Assembly (NCBI GenBank): GCA_031370005.1 | Contig: JANMPT010000028.1 | Coordinates: 96,001-160,000 of the forward strand | Source: Bdellovibrionales bacterium | Lineage (GTDB): Bacteria; Bdellovibrionota; Bdellovibrionia; Bdellovibrionales; Bdellovibrionaceae | Direction of reading: 5' to 3' | DNA: 64,000 nucleotides | Shown here: positions 30,860 through 41,415 of the stretch, piece by piece | Numbering within the stretch: the first letter of the stretch is position 1 | Layout: every line of letters starts with the position of its first letter | Made by a program: the position numbers and the translations under genes | Notes under the pieces: generated by a model | The model's input: only the letters and a program-made list of their open reading frames with translations | Databases searched by the model: none | What the model was told of the DNA's origin: nothing

Positions 30860-32589
30860 TATTTGCCACCCTTCTTAGTGCCAGATTTTTTAGTAGTGGT
30901 TTTTTTTGCAGATGAAATAATATCTTGCTCTTCTTCCTGCTCCACTTCACTTTCGTGGCCAACGCCCTTCTGGCGTTCCTTTTTTTTCTGCGCTAAAAGT
31001 TTGCTTTCCGCATCTTCCAAGTCAGCAATCGCCGCCTGTGAATCGCGACCAAGAAGCTTTTTAAGACCTTCTTCGGCTTTTTTCTTGCGCGCCTCATTGG
31101 CTCCGACGATACGAGCCAAGCTCTCAACCAAAATAGGCCCAAATTGCTCAATGTGAGCTAGTTTCCTCTCGAGATCTGCCTCTTTAGATTCTTTTTTGAT
31201 ATGACGAGAAAGTTTTTGACCAGCTTGAATCAATGCCAAACGAATTTCAGCCACGAGCTCTTCGGAGGCATCAATAGTTTCTTTCGATGCATTTTTAAAC
31301 TTAATAAATGGCGATACGACAGAAACGGCAAAAATGTAAGGCCCAATTGGCAAACTATCCTTTGGCTGTTGAAGCCCGTAAGCCTTCCAGTTTACAGACT
31401 CAATGGCCCATGTAATTGCACAACCTGATTTATCAAACTGCAATGGCACACGATTGGCAAACCGAAGCAATTGAACTGGGGAATCGAGTTCCATCTGGCG
31501 TGTTTTAAAACGCGCCAAAGCAACCTCCACCACCACCGGTTTAAAATCACAAATGCAGGGTTTACGAGTCACAACTGCAAAGAAATCAACTTCTCCAAGA
31601 CGCTGAATGGATTTAGAAAGAGACTCTTCGCCCACTGTTAAAACCGACTTCGTACTAGGTGCCATTAAGTCAGTGGCTTGTACTGCTTGAAATGCTTTTT
31701 TAAAATCTTCCTCACTGAGTGACGTGATGGGTTTCTCAACCAAGCCTTTTGGCAATCCGTTTTTCACGAAGTCTTTGATTGATTGATCAGAAATGCGCGA
31801 GAAGCCCGTTTTAAGAAACTTTGATAAAGATACTTTACCAAACAAAGTCGCATGAGTGATGAACTCCCCTAGCTTGAAAGTATGAGGATGTGGCAGAGTT
31901 GCTTCTGGCAATTCCGGAGATTCATTGCTGACACGAGGGATGGAAATGAAGTCATTTTCAGCCAATTTGTATGTAATTGACATATGTGGATTCACGAGGA
32001 CTGTTCCCTCGATATAAGTTACAAGACCACCATCACCATTGAGCTGAATACGACCGTCTAGTACGAATTCAACACGAGTTCCACTGGAGCGGTCCCAATC
32101 CATAGTTTGTTTGTTCTTCAAGATACCTGTATTTGATTTGATATCCACATCCACTTGCGCAGACATGGCTTTTCTCATACTTTTTGTCTTTGAGATTACT
32201 TGCACACCACGAGCATTGGTCATTTGAGCCCATGTTGTCGCTGCTGAGATACCTATTCCCTGTTGACCACGAGAACACTGTCCTCGACCAAATTTTGAAG
32301 ATGCTAAGTACTCTCCATAAACCTTTGCAAGATCTTCCCCATCAATGCCCGGGCCATTATCTTCGACAACAATTCGAATAAGATCTGTATTCTTTGTCGA
32401 ACCAATTCCAACTTTTGCAACTTCAATTAATATCTCAGGTAAAATTCCTGCTACCTCGCAGGCGTCTAATGAGTTATCTACGGCCTCTTTCAAAGTCGTC
32501 AAAACTGCCTTCAAAGGAGAGGAAAAACCCACCTGCTGTAGGTTTTTTGCAAAATATTCGGCTGTACTACTTTTGGTAATTTTACTCAC
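30859..32589 (-). CDS. top6B: DNA topoisomerase VI subunit B
   Basis: GHKL motifs EAVDNSLDA, EDNGPGI and SRGQQGIGIS; RFANRVPL; W..YGL; ASKE. GTG start. Confidence 0.93.
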   Translation of the reverse strand: MSKITKSSTAEYFAKNLQQVGFSSPLKAVLTTLKEAVDNSLDACEVAGILPEILIEVAKVGIGSTKNTDLIRIVVEDNGPGIDGEDLAKVYGEYLASSKFGRGQCSRGQQGIGISAATTWAQMTNARGVQVISKTKSMRKAMSAQVDVDIKSNTGILKNKQTMDWDRSSGTRVEFVLDGRIQLNGDGGLVTYIEGTVLVNPHMSITYKLAENDFISIPRVSNESPELPEATLPHPHTFKLGEFITHATLFGKVSLSKFLKTGFSRISDQSIKDFVKNGLPKGLVEKPITSLSEEDFKKAFQAVQATDLMAPSTKSVLTVGEESLSKSIQRLGEVDFFAVVTRKPCICDFKPVVVEVALARFKTRQMELDSPVQLLRFANRVPLQFDKSGCAITWAIESVNWKAYGLQQPKDSLPIGPYIFAVSVVSPFIKFKNASKETIDASEELVAEIRLALIQAGQKLSRHIKKESKEADLERKLAHIEQFGPILVESLARIVGANEARKKKAEEGLKKLLGRDSQAAIADLEDAESKLLAQKKKERQKGVGHESEVEQEEEQDIISSAKKTTTKKSGTKKGGK

Positions 32590-32736
32590 AGCTGCTTTAT
32601 CCCTTTTAATTTCAACAGGTTATATCCAAGGTCAAACATGGACCTAAGGAACACATATTTCTAGGTTAAGCCTATTGCGTGGTGTTAAAGCAAGGCTTTT
32701 GAAGTCTTAGCTTATTTTTTAAGCATGCGCTGCGTC

Positions 32737-33060
32737 TTATTTAGACCCATCATCGCCCCTACCATCGGTCCCATTTTTTGCTATGTTTTCCATGGTAAGT
32801 TCGACAGACATCTTATGGCCCTTTTTAGAGTTGCAGTCCTTACAAGAGGGAACACAGTTCTTTTTATTGGATTTGCCTCCCCGGACAATGGGCGTCAAAT
32901 GATCCATTGTAAGCTCTGATGGCTTAAAGCTTCCCTTGCAGTGATAGCAAGTTCCCGTCCCCAATTGCTGCCTCCACCACTGACTTTGGCGCAATTCACG
33001 GGCTTTCGCTTTTTCGCGTTTTTGATGCTCAGGGCTTGCAGCTTGAAAAAAGATACTCAT
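32737..33060 (-). CDS. Small HNH endonuclease family protein
   Basis: CYHC...TMDHLTPIVRGGKS...N....CKDCN..K motif. Confidence 0.88.
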   Translation of the reverse strand: MSIFFQAASPEHQKREKAKARELRQSQWWRQQLGTGTCYHCKGSFKPSELTMDHLTPIVRGGKSNKKNCVPSCKDCNSKKGHKMSVELTMENIAKNGTDGRGDDGSK

Positions 33061-33092
33061 ACTAGCAAAAGCTTATATCACAAGGAGCCACT

Positions 33093-33593
33093 ATGACCAA
33101 AACAGAAGTTGCAACACTTGCCGGAGGATGCTTTTGGGGTATGGAAGATTTATTAAAAAAACTTCCCGGGGTTCTTGATAGCGATGTGGGCTATACTGGA
33201 GGCAGCACTCCAAATGCCACCTATGAACAGGTTAAAACTGGCAAAACCGGACATGCAGAGGCCGTGCAAATTCAATTCGACCCAAAGATCCTTAGCTATG
33301 AAGACATACTTTTGTACTTTTTTAAGATCCATGATCCGACTACCGCCGAACAACAAGGCAACGATCTTGGCGACCAATATCGTTCGGCAGTTTTCTATGA
33401 TAGCGAAAGTCAGCGGGAAGTTGCCGAAAAGGTCATTGCTCGCGTAGATAAATCCAAGGCCTGGAAGCTTCCCCTTGTCACCACGATAAAGCCCTTGGAA
33501 AAGTTTTATCGAGCGGAGGATTACCATCAGGATTATTTAGAAAAACACTCCAATGGCTATACCTGCCATTTTTTGCGAAATATTAGTTTTTAA
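33093..33593 (+). CDS. msrA: Peptide methionine sulfoxide reductase A
   Basis: GGCFWG, GHAEAV, QYRS and AEDYHQDY motifs. Confidence 0.96.
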   Translation: MTKTEVATLAGGCFWGMEDLLKKLPGVLDSDVGYTGGSTPNATYEQVKTGKTGHAEAVQIQFDPKILSYEDILLYFFKIHDPTTAEQQGNDLGDQYRSAVFYDSESQREVAEKVIARVDKSKAWKLPLVTTIKPLEKFYRAEDYHQDYLEKHSNGYTCHFLRNISF

Positions 33594-33615
33594 TTCGAAG
33601 CTTGCAAGTTCAGAA

Positions 33616-35535
33616 TTATTTTCCGCTGGGATAATAAAGGCGGTTATCCCACATGCCTTCGTTAAAATATTGAATAGATGCCTTGAGGCGCTCCTCTAGA
33701 TGATGACGACGGTCTTGAAGTCCCAAGAACGGAACTTTTTCGAAGGGGTCTTGGATCTTGTACATTTTCATTTCCGTGCCGACAAACCAATCTAAAAAAT
33801 AATCATCCGCTACCAGGAAATACCTGCCATCGAGATAAAGAGTTGCCGTACGCTCTCCAGGAATAAAAACCGAACGGCTCAGATAATTTTCTTCTTTATT
33901 TTCCAAGTCTAGAAAGTCCATTATAGAAGGTAAAATATCAATTTGTTGAACGACTTGATCTCGATTGATCTCTTTGGGCCACTGGTAGTTCGGATGATAA
34001 AATAAAATTGGAACCCGGAAGCGTGAGAGTTCGTTTTCGTTCTCTGGTCTATAATTAAAGCCCGTATGATCTGCGGTAATCACAAAAAGGGTATTTTGGT
34101 ACCAAGGTTCTTTAGCGGCTTCTTCAAAAAATCCTTGCAGAGAGTAATCCGCGTAAGCAATGCTCTCGAGAATTTCATTGGGACCCTTTGGGAATTTTCC
34201 TTTGTACTGATCGGGAATTCTATAGGGATTATGAGAGCTCAGCGTAAATACTGTCACAAAAAATGGCTGGCTCATTGTATTGATTTTTGTTTTCATAAAT
34301 TGCAAGAAAGGTTCATCAAAAATACCCCAAGTACCATCATTTTGACTCGCATCCGGAAATTCATTGGCTCCGTAATAACTATCAAAGCCCGCACTCTTAG
34401 CGAAGGAATCGAAATACATCGTACCATTGTTGCCACCGTGGAAGAAGCTTGTTGGATACTTTTGACTCGTCAACATGCTTCCTAGGCCTACGAAATAATT
34501 CGATGAAAAGTGCGAGGAAATAAAAGGCTCATTCATCATTGCCGGAATTCCTGCCGTCACCGCAGCAACGCCCTCGATGGATCTTCTTGCATTGGCAAAA
34601 CCATTTTTAAAAAATAAGCTTTTCCGAGCTAGAGAATCCAGAAACGGAGTGAAGCCCTTGCCTCCATTGACTTCCCCCATGTACTCAAGACTAAAGCTCT
34701 CAAGAATAATCACCACCACATTTTGAGATTTTTTCATTCGGCGCCCCGATAAAAGCGAAGGCACTTTGCTTGCTCCGTTCAGGTGGCTCAACATCTCATT
34801 CCGATCTGCAAAATAAACGTCATGAGACAGGCTTTCAGCTCCATAACTCTTGATGAAGGTAAATGTGGAATTTAGAATCAAGTTATTAAGAATAGGGGCT
34901 ACAAAAACATGGGCGTTAACAATGTTCAGAGGCTTTTTCTGTAAGCCACCACGAATGCCAATCACCACTGTCACTAGAACTAAAAAGACCGCAATGATGT
35001 AATAGGGGATTTCCCTACTAGACGAAAATAAATAAATACGTCTTGAGGGGCGGTGAAGAATTTTCCAAACGGCCCAAACAAAAAAGCCCATGGCGCTAAA
35101 ATTAATCACCGCCAAATGCCAATAAGAGCCCAAAATACCAGCCAATTTACTGTCCATCTCTCCGACAACAAAAAGCGCATCATAAGAAAAGCGCCGACCT
35201 ACAAAATTGATGAACTCAGTGTCTCCTAGATTCATAATCATAAAGGCCAAGAAAAATGGCGCATAAAGCCAGAAGGCCACGGTTTCCCAGGCTCTATGGC
35301 GTTTTTCAGACCAGGGCCAAAAGCTCCATAAAATCACTGGAACTAAACTCATACAGATAGCGGAAATATCAAAACGAAAACCTAGGAAAAAGGCCCAAAG
35401 AATGTCCAGATTCTCTTTGGATTTATAATGAGGCCAGTTCCATATCAGAAACTCCATCCGAGCGAAGAGATAAAACAATACTGAAAGGGCTACAAGACCC
35501 AAAAGTTTTTCAAAACGACGTAAAAATTCAGCCAT
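33616..35535 (-). CDS. LTA synthase-family sulfatase/phosphoglycerol transferase
   Basis: Five N-terminal TM segments; NVVVIILES, SSHNPY, ADH and QIDILPS motifs. Confidence 0.85.
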   Translation of the reverse strand: MAEFLRRFEKLLGLVALSVLFYLFARMEFLIWNWPHYKSKENLDILWAFFLGFRFDISAICMSLVPVILWSFWPWSEKRHRAWETVAFWLYAPFFLAFMIMNLGDTEFINFVGRRFSYDALFVVGEMDSKLAGILGSYWHLAVINFSAMGFFVWAVWKILHRPSRRIYLFSSSREIPYYIIAVFLVLVTVVIGIRGGLQKKPLNIVNAHVFVAPILNNLILNSTFTFIKSYGAESLSHDVYFADRNEMLSHLNGASKVPSLLSGRRMKKSQNVVVIILESFSLEYMGEVNGGKGFTPFLDSLARKSLFFKNGFANARRSIEGVAAVTAGIPAMMNEPFISSHFSSNYFVGLGSMLTSQKYPTSFFHGGNNGTMYFDSFAKSAGFDSYYGANEFPDASQNDGTWGIFDEPFLQFMKTKINTMSQPFFVTVFTLSSHNPYRIPDQYKGKFPKGPNEILESIAYADYSLQGFFEEAAKEPWYQNTLFVITADHTGFNYRPENENELSRFRVPILFYHPNYQWPKEINRDQVVQQIDILPSIMDFLDLENKEENYLSRSVFIPGERTATLYLDGRYFLVADDYFLDWFVGTEMKMYKIQDPFEKVPFLGLQDRRHHLEERLKASIQYFNEGMWDNRLYYPSGK

Positions 35536-35623
35536 TTCTAACTCTTACATCCGCGAGAAGCCCGCTGTCACCTGCTCAGTTAGCACTTGCGCCAAAACTA
35601 AGCTTCTGGTAGTTATTTTAGCT

Positions 35624-35854
35624 ATGACATCACAAGAAATGAAAGCTCGTTTAATCAGTGTTTATCCCGATGGCAATATTGAAATCTATGACACCACCGG
35701 AACCCAGGATCATTGGGAGGTCAGTGTTGAAAGTAAGGCTTTTGCAAGCCTCAGCCGCATTCAACAGCACCAGCATGTTATGGCTGTCTTTGGCCCTGAA
35801 CTTAAAACTGGCGAAGTCCATGCCCTTTCCATTAAAACTAAAGTGAAAATATAA
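35624..35854 (+). CDS. bolA: BolA/IbaG family protein
   Basis: DH, S..F..LSRIQQHQ.V and VHALSIKT motifs; adjacent to grxD. Confidence 0.9.
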   Translation: MTSQEMKARLISVYPDGNIEIYDTTGTQDHWEVSVESKAFASLSRIQQHQHVMAVFGPELKTGEVHALSIKTKVKI

Positions 35855-35882
35855 AATCTATAATCCTATTTTGGAGGACTGA

Positions 35883-36191
35883 ATGTCTGCAACTCATGAA
35901 CGTATCGAAAAACTTTTGAATGAAAACAAAGTCGTGCTTTTTATGAAGGGCACACAAAGCTTTCCAATGTGCGGGTTCTCTTCACGCGCGTGCTCCATAC
36001 TTCAAGACATGGGAGTCAAATTCCATGGCGTGAATATTCTTGAGGACGAAGACCTTCGCCAAGGAATCAAAGAATACGGTAACTGGCCAACAATCCCTCA
36101 GCTTTATATCAACAAGCAACTCGTTGGCGGAAGTGATATCATGATGGAAATGTATCAAAACGGCGAACTTCAAGAACTCGTGAAAAACTAG
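35883..36191 (+). CDS. grxD: Monothiol glutaredoxin Grx4
   Basis: CGFS, WPTIPQLY and GGSDI motifs. Confidence 0.95.
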   Translation: MSATHERIEKLLNENKVVLFMKGTQSFPMCGFSSRACSILQDMGVKFHGVNILEDEDLRQGIKEYGNWPTIPQLYINKQLVGGSDIMMEMYQNGELQELVKN

Positions 36192-36196
36192 CACTC

Positions 36197-36421
36197 ATGA
36201 GATGCAATGTTGCCCTTTGGGACCGCATTCTAAGATTTATCTTTGGTGTCGGTTTTTTCGCCTATGCCGTTGCCGGCGGTCCAGCGTGGGCTTTTGGCGG
36301 TGTGTATTTGATTTTTACTTCTGCCTGGGGCTTTTGCCCCTTGTATGCAAGTTTGAAAATTCGCACACTTCGGGAAGAAAAGAGATCGCCACGCATCAAT
36401 CCTTTTGAGGAACAATCATGA
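36197..36421 (+). CDS. DUF2892 (YgaP-like) membrane protein
   Basis: NV...DR.LR and G.CPLY motifs; two TM segments. Confidence 0.8.
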   Translation: MRCNVALWDRILRFIFGVGFFAYAVAGGPAWAFGGVYLIFTSAWGFCPLYASLKIRTLREEKRSPRINPFEEQS

Positions 36422-37806
36422 TTCATCAGCTTCCCGAGCTATCAAGGCTCCTTCCACAAGATCAAATAAAAACTGATCCTGAGTCTTTGAAGTACTACGG
36501 AAAAGATTGGTCTACATACTTTGATATTAATGCATCTGCAATTCTCTTTCCTTGCACGACGGAAGATGTAGTCAAAATTGTTCGATGGGCTCGCGAACAT
36601 AAAATTTCGTTAGTGCCTTCTGGTGGTCGTACGGGTCTGAGCGGGGCTGCCGCAGCAACCAAAGGCGAAGTGATTATTTCCTTTGAACGAATGAATCAAA
36701 TTCTGACTTTTAACCCCGTCGACCAAACGGTGGTTTGCCAAGCTGGTGTCGTCACTAAAGCATTGCAGGAATTTGCGCTTACCAAAAACCTTTATTATCC
36801 AGTAAATTTTGCGGCCAGCGGCTCTTCGCAGATTGGCGGAAATATTGCGACAAATGCAGGTGGTATCAAAGTTTTGCGCTATGGCCTGACTCGTGATTGG
36901 GTTGCCGGCTTAAAGGTTGTCACGGGTTCTGGTGAAATCATGGAGCTCAACAATGCTCTAGTGAAAAATGCCACAGGATTAGATTTTCGCCATTTATTCA
37001 TTGGCAGCGAGGGCATACTTGGTTTTATCACCGAATGCACAATGCGTCTGGCTCCGCCACCGCCCCCTATGAAGGTTATGGTTCTTGGAGTCCCAAGTCT
37101 TGATGCAATAATGAAAATCTTTGCGCAATTTAAAAGTAATACGACAGTTGTGGCCTTTGAAATGTTCTCGGACAAGGCATTAAAACATGTATTGGACAAC
37201 ACGGCTCTTCCTCGTCCTTTCGAGACTGAAACTCCATTTTATGTTTTAACAGAAGTGGAAGCTCGCAATGAAAAAGAAGAGGGGCTCGCTTTGGATGTAT
37301 TTGAAAGGTGCTTACTCGAGGGCTGGGTTTCTGATGGCGTCATGAGCCAGTCAGAAACACAGGCAGCTGCTTTCTGGCGCTTGCGTGAAGATATCAGTGA
37401 GTCTTTATCAAAGCACACTCCTTATAAAAATGATATCTCTGTAGCAATTTCTCAGGTTCCATCCTTTATGAACGAACTTGATGGTATTCTCTCTAAATCT
37501 TATCCAACGTGGGAAGTTGTTTGGTTTGGTCACATTGGTGATGGCAACCTGCATATTAATATTTTGCGCCCTATAGGGCTTCAAAAGGAAGACTTCATCA
37601 AAGAATGCCGCAAGGTTGATATCTTAGTTTTTGAAGCTGTCATGAAGCACAAGGGTTCCATCTCCGCTGAACATGGTGTCGGCTTGACCAAAAAACCGTT
37701 TTTGAGATTCACCCGTTCTCAAGCTGAAATTGAAATAATGAAGGGAATCAAAAAAGTTTTTGATCCCGATAATATTATGAATCCTGGCAAGGTCATCGAT
37801 CTTTAG
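36418..37806 (+). CDS. FAD-linked oxidoreductase, D-2-hydroxyglutarate/D-lactate dehydrogenase family
   Basis: GGRTGLSG, GGNIATNAGG, GSEG, GHIGDGNLH, SAEHGVG and DP..IMNPGK motifs. Confidence 0.88.
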   Translation: MIHQLPELSRLLPQDQIKTDPESLKYYGKDWSTYFDINASAILFPCTTEDVVKIVRWAREHKISLVPSGGRTGLSGAAAATKGEVIISFERMNQILTFNPVDQTVVCQAGVVTKALQEFALTKNLYYPVNFAASGSSQIGGNIATNAGGIKVLRYGLTRDWVAGLKVVTGSGEIMELNNALVKNATGLDFRHLFIGSEGILGFITECTMRLAPPPPPMKVMVLGVPSLDAIMKIFAQFKSNTTVVAFEMFSDKALKHVLDNTALPRPFETETPFYVLTEVEARNEKEEGLALDVFERCLLEGWVSDGVMSQSETQAAAFWRLREDISESLSKHTPYKNDISVAISQVPSFMNELDGILSKSYPTWEVVWFGHIGDGNLHINILRPIGLQKEDFIKECRKVDILVFEAVMKHKGSISAEHGVGLTKKPFLRFTRSQAEIEIMKGIKKVFDPDNIMNPGKVIDL

Positions 37807-39023
37807 TAGACCACGCGAGTACGGATACTACGGCTTAGTTTTTGAATTTCATCAGCCAGCTTCTGAGCGTGGGAAGAGTTTAAATCCATTACCATGTAGC
37901 CTACCATATCGTCCGTCGAAAGAAATTGGGCCTCGATATTAGCCCCCTCTTTCGAGATGATTCCATTGATTTCACCTAGAACACCGGGCTCATTGCGATG
38001 CACATTCAAAATTCTCGAAGTTCCCTGTTTTACTGGCAGATCAACATTCGGAAAATTCACGGCGCCACTGCTGGAGCCAATTTTTAGATAACGACAAAAG
38101 CTCTCGGCGACCTCAATACCAATAGAGTACTGTGCCTCCTCAGTGCTGCCCCCAATATGCGGAGTCAGGATCACGTTGCCAAGCCCTTGCAAGGATGAAG
38201 CAAATTTTTCTTTGTTTGAGGCCGGTTCTTCAGGGAAAACGTCGATTGCGCATCCGGCAATATGTTTTGACTTCAGGGCTTCGACAAGATCATCAATCAC
38301 CACCACACTGCCGCGGCTGGCATTGATCAGATAGCTCCCCTTTTTCATATGCTTTAACTGCTTTGCGGCTATCATGTCTTTGGTTTGTGGAGTCTCAGGG
38401 ACATGCATACTAACAAAGTCAGAAGCCTGCAGTAAATCATTCAATGAAGATTTCATGATAGCATTCCCAAGTGGTAATTTCTTAATCACGTCGTAAAAAA
38501 GAACCTTCATCCCAAGTGCTTCTGCTAAAATACTAACCTGACTACCAATGTGGCCATAACCCACAATGCCCAAAGTTTTACCGCGAACCTCACGAGAGCC
38601 CTCGGCACTTTTCATCCACTCACCTTTGTGGGCAAGTGTATTGCGATCCCCCAATTGACGAGACAACGCAATCATTTCAGCAATCACCAACTCGGCTACG
38701 CTGCGAGTATTTGAATGAGGCGCATTGAAAACTGCAATCCCCTCTTTACGGGCCGCTTTAAGATTAATTTGATTCGTACCGATGCAAAAAGCTCCCACAA
38801 CAAAAAGATGAGAATTTTTTTCGACGACCTTGGCGGTAAGTTCTGTTTTAGATCGAAGGCCAATAGCTTGATATTTCGGCAGTGTTTTTAAAAGCTCCTC
38901 TTCTGAAGGAGCATAAGGAATCAAATCGACCCTAAATCCCTCTTGCTCTAATTTTTCCTTGGCAACGGGGTGAATATTTTCGACTAACAGGATTTTCAAT
39001 GAATTCATTGCGTGGACTCCCAT
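37803..39023 (-). CDS. serA: D-3-phosphoglycerate dehydrogenase (E. coli type with ACT domain)
   Basis: FCIGTNQ, NTRSVAE, GYGHIG and TPHIGGSTEEAQ motifs; C-terminal ACT (H.N.PGVL). Start may be ATG 39008. Confidence 0.95.
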   Translation of the reverse strand: MGVHAMNSLKILLVENIHPVAKEKLEQEGFRVDLIPYAPSEEELLKTLPKYQAIGLRSKTELTAKVVEKNSHLFVVGAFCIGTNQINLKAARKEGIAVFNAPHSNTRSVAELVIAEMIALSRQLGDRNTLAHKGEWMKSAEGSREVRGKTLGIVGYGHIGSQVSILAEALGMKVLFYDVIKKLPLGNAIMKSSLNDLLQASDFVSMHVPETPQTKDMIAAKQLKHMKKGSYLINASRGSVVVIDDLVEALKSKHIAGCAIDVFPEEPASNKEKFASSLQGLGNVILTPHIGGSTEEAQYSIGIEVAESFCRYLKIGSSSGAVNFPNVDLPVKQGTSRILNVHRNEPGVLGEINGIISKEGANIEAQFLSTDDMVGYMVMDLNSSHAQKLADEIQKLSRSIRTRVVY

Positions 39024-39091
39024 TGAAAAAGTCTATCTCTTTCCATAAGCTTTACCAAGCCATCAAGCTCTTACCATAACGTCATGCGCTA

Positions 39092-40498
39092 ATGGTAGCC
39101 AAAACAGATTACGAAAGGGATGCTTTCGAAATGAAAACTTCTAGAGCATTTCATCTATTGGTTGTTGATGACGACACTTTAATTCACCAGTCGCTGAAGC
39201 TATGTATTTCTGCGCCTTGGAAGATCATTTCAGTCTCAAAAAAAGAACTAATTCCATATAGCAATTTCTACCATGCAGCCATGGTCGATATGCACCTGAC
39301 ACAAGGGAGTAAAGAACCTGAAGGCGTTCAAGTCATCGAAAAATTGGTCAAACACAATCCACAATTAGAAGTCATCGCAATGTCTGGGAATCTCAATCGC
39401 GAAACCATGGAGCTCTGTTTGAAAGCTGGAGCACAAAGGTTTCTTGCCAAGCCTTTACTTTCTGAAGAAGTACTTTTGGTTTTAAATAAAATTGAAGCAT
39501 ACTGGAGCATTCGCAATATTGACTCTGCAGGAAAAGGTATTTCGTGGACGGGCTCAGGCCCTACTTCGCAAAAAATCAAAAAGAGTATTGCCGATTTAAA
39601 GGGCGAAACAAAAACAATTCTAATCGAAGGCGAAACTGGTTGCGGTAAAGAGGTGGCGGCGCGCCTGCTGAACCAACAAGAAGATGAACGCCCTTTTGTT
39701 ACCGTAAATATATCAAGCATCCCAGAGAATCTTTTTGAATCTGAACTTTTTGGCCATGTGAAGGGAGCCTTCACTGGTGCCGATCAAAATAAAATTGGCC
39801 TAGCGGAGGCGGCGCATGGTGGCGATCTTTTCTTAGACGAAATTGAGTCTCTGCCTCTTTCACAACAAGTAAAGCTTTTGCGGTTCCTTGAATCTGGCGA
39901 AGTTCGTCGGGTGGGTGCTAAGGAGTCTTTTAATATCCAAACCCGAGTAATTGTAGCTAGCAATCAGCCTCTCAAAAAACTTGTGGCAGAGGGTAAATTC
40001 CGTGAAGACCTTTACTTTCGTCTCTCAGGCCAACGTATAGAGCTGCCGCCGTTAAGAGCACACAAGGAAGATATTCCCGATCTCGCAAAACATTTCTTAG
40101 ACCAAGAAAGGCCACGCAGAAATAAACAGTTCACTGAAGATGGCTTCACGGCCTTGCTTGATTACGATTGGCCCGGCAATGTGCGCGAGCTAAAACGCGT
40201 CTGCGAACAAATTAGTCTAACCTCACCGCTGCCCCTTATTCGCAGCGAAGATGTTGAAGCATTGCTAAACTCTGATGGCACAAAAAAAAGAAGCCAGATC
40301 AACTCACCCGCTTCTAATGAGGATATTGACTTCTCAAAGGGGTTAAATGTTCTAGTTGAAGAGTTCGAAGCAGATCTCATTCGCGCCTGTCTACGAACAA
40401 CCAAAGACGTGGAAGAGGCTTCCAAACTTTTCAAGGTATCACGTTCAAATCTATATAAAAAAATCAAAGATTATAAAATCGACGAGGGAACATTATGA
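39092..40498 (+). CDS. Sigma54-dependent response regulator (NtrC family)
   Basis: Receiver domain; GETGCGKE, ESELFGH, intact GAFTGA, WPGNVREL; C-terminal Fis-type HTH. Confidence 0.93.
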   Translation: MVAKTDYERDAFEMKTSRAFHLLVVDDDTLIHQSLKLCISAPWKIISVSKKELIPYSNFYHAAMVDMHLTQGSKEPEGVQVIEKLVKHNPQLEVIAMSGNLNRETMELCLKAGAQRFLAKPLLSEEVLLVLNKIEAYWSIRNIDSAGKGISWTGSGPTSQKIKKSIADLKGETKTILIEGETGCGKEVAARLLNQQEDERPFVTVNISSIPENLFESELFGHVKGAFTGADQNKIGLAEAAHGGDLFLDEIESLPLSQQVKLLRFLESGEVRRVGAKESFNIQTRVIVASNQPLKKLVAEGKFREDLYFRLSGQRIELPPLRAHKEDIPDLAKHFLDQERPRRNKQFTEDGFTALLDYDWPGNVRELKRVCEQISLTSPLPLIRSEDVEALLNSDGTKKRSQINSPASNEDIDFSKGLNVLVEEFEADLIRACLRTTKDVEEASKLFKVSRSNLYKKIKDYKIDEGTL

Positions 40499-41415
40499 TT
40501 GGCACCTCCTGGTCAAGCCCAATATACCAGCAAACCGTAATCATCGTCCTGAGTATTATTTTTGGTTCGGGCTTGATTGTTTATTTCCTTCGCAAGAGCA
40601 GCTATTACTTTAACGCAAGCTGGGCAAGCATTAAAAGCTGGCTCATTGTTGCCCCTATCCTTTTTGTATTAATGGGGCTACCAAGCCCCATGCCGCTGGT
40701 GGTTCTTGTAATGATTGCGATTATGGGGGCGAAGGTCTATTTCCAAATCATGGGAATGTTTCATCGCAGTTATTTTGTTTTGATTTGTTATGGGGGCATC
40801 ATCGCCTTAGGCGTCTGCACTTACTTCAATCGTGTGGACATCTACAATGTTATGCCCATGCTGGTTCTTGGTGTTTCATGCCTGGTCCCTATGGCGCGCA
40901 ATAGTTACAAGCAAATGATTCAATATATTTCACTGACACTTCTCGGATTCATTTTCCTCGGCTGGTCCTTCATGCATTTGGGCCTGATACTTCATCTCGA
41001 AAATGGAATCTATCAACTCACCTATCTAATCATCCTAACAGAGTTCTGCGACAATACAAATTTGGCCCTAGGTCGTTATATTGGAAAAACTAAAATCTTT
41101 CCTAAATTAAATCCAAGAAGAACTCTTGGAGGACTTTTTGTTTCTATTTTGCTGACTCTAGTTCTTGCTGGCATTATGAGGTTTTTATTACCAGATCGCT
41201 CCGATAAGTACTGGCTGACTGCCGGATTGATTGCAAGCTTAGGCGGCTTTATCGGCGATCTCGTAATGAGTGTGATCCGCAAAGACGCGGGTGTAAAAAT
41301 TGTAGGACCTTTTATTATTGGTCGCGGAGACTTCCTTCATCGTATGGATAGATTGATTTTCGTGGCTCCAATTTATTTTTATATCATGTTGTTACTTCCG
41401 GATATTTCCTTATGA
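40495..41415 (+). CDS. Phosphatidate cytidylyltransferase family protein
   Basis: Polytopic; G.....P.LNP.RT..G, GDLVMS.IRKD.GVK and DRL motifs. Confidence 0.8.
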   Translation: MIGTSWSSPIYQQTVIIVLSIIFGSGLIVYFLRKSSYYFNASWASIKSWLIVAPILFVLMGLPSPMPLVVLVMIAIMGAKVYFQIMGMFHRSYFVLICYGGIIALGVCTYFNRVDIYNVMPMLVLGVSCLVPMARNSYKQMIQYISLTLLGFIFLGWSFMHLGLILHLENGIYQLTYLIILTEFCDNTNLALGRYIGKTKIFPKLNPRRTLGGLFVSILLTLVLAGIMRFLLPDRSDKYWLTAGLIASLGGFIGDLVMSVIRKDAGVKIVGPFIIGRGDFLHRMDRLIFVAPIYFYIMLLLPDISL

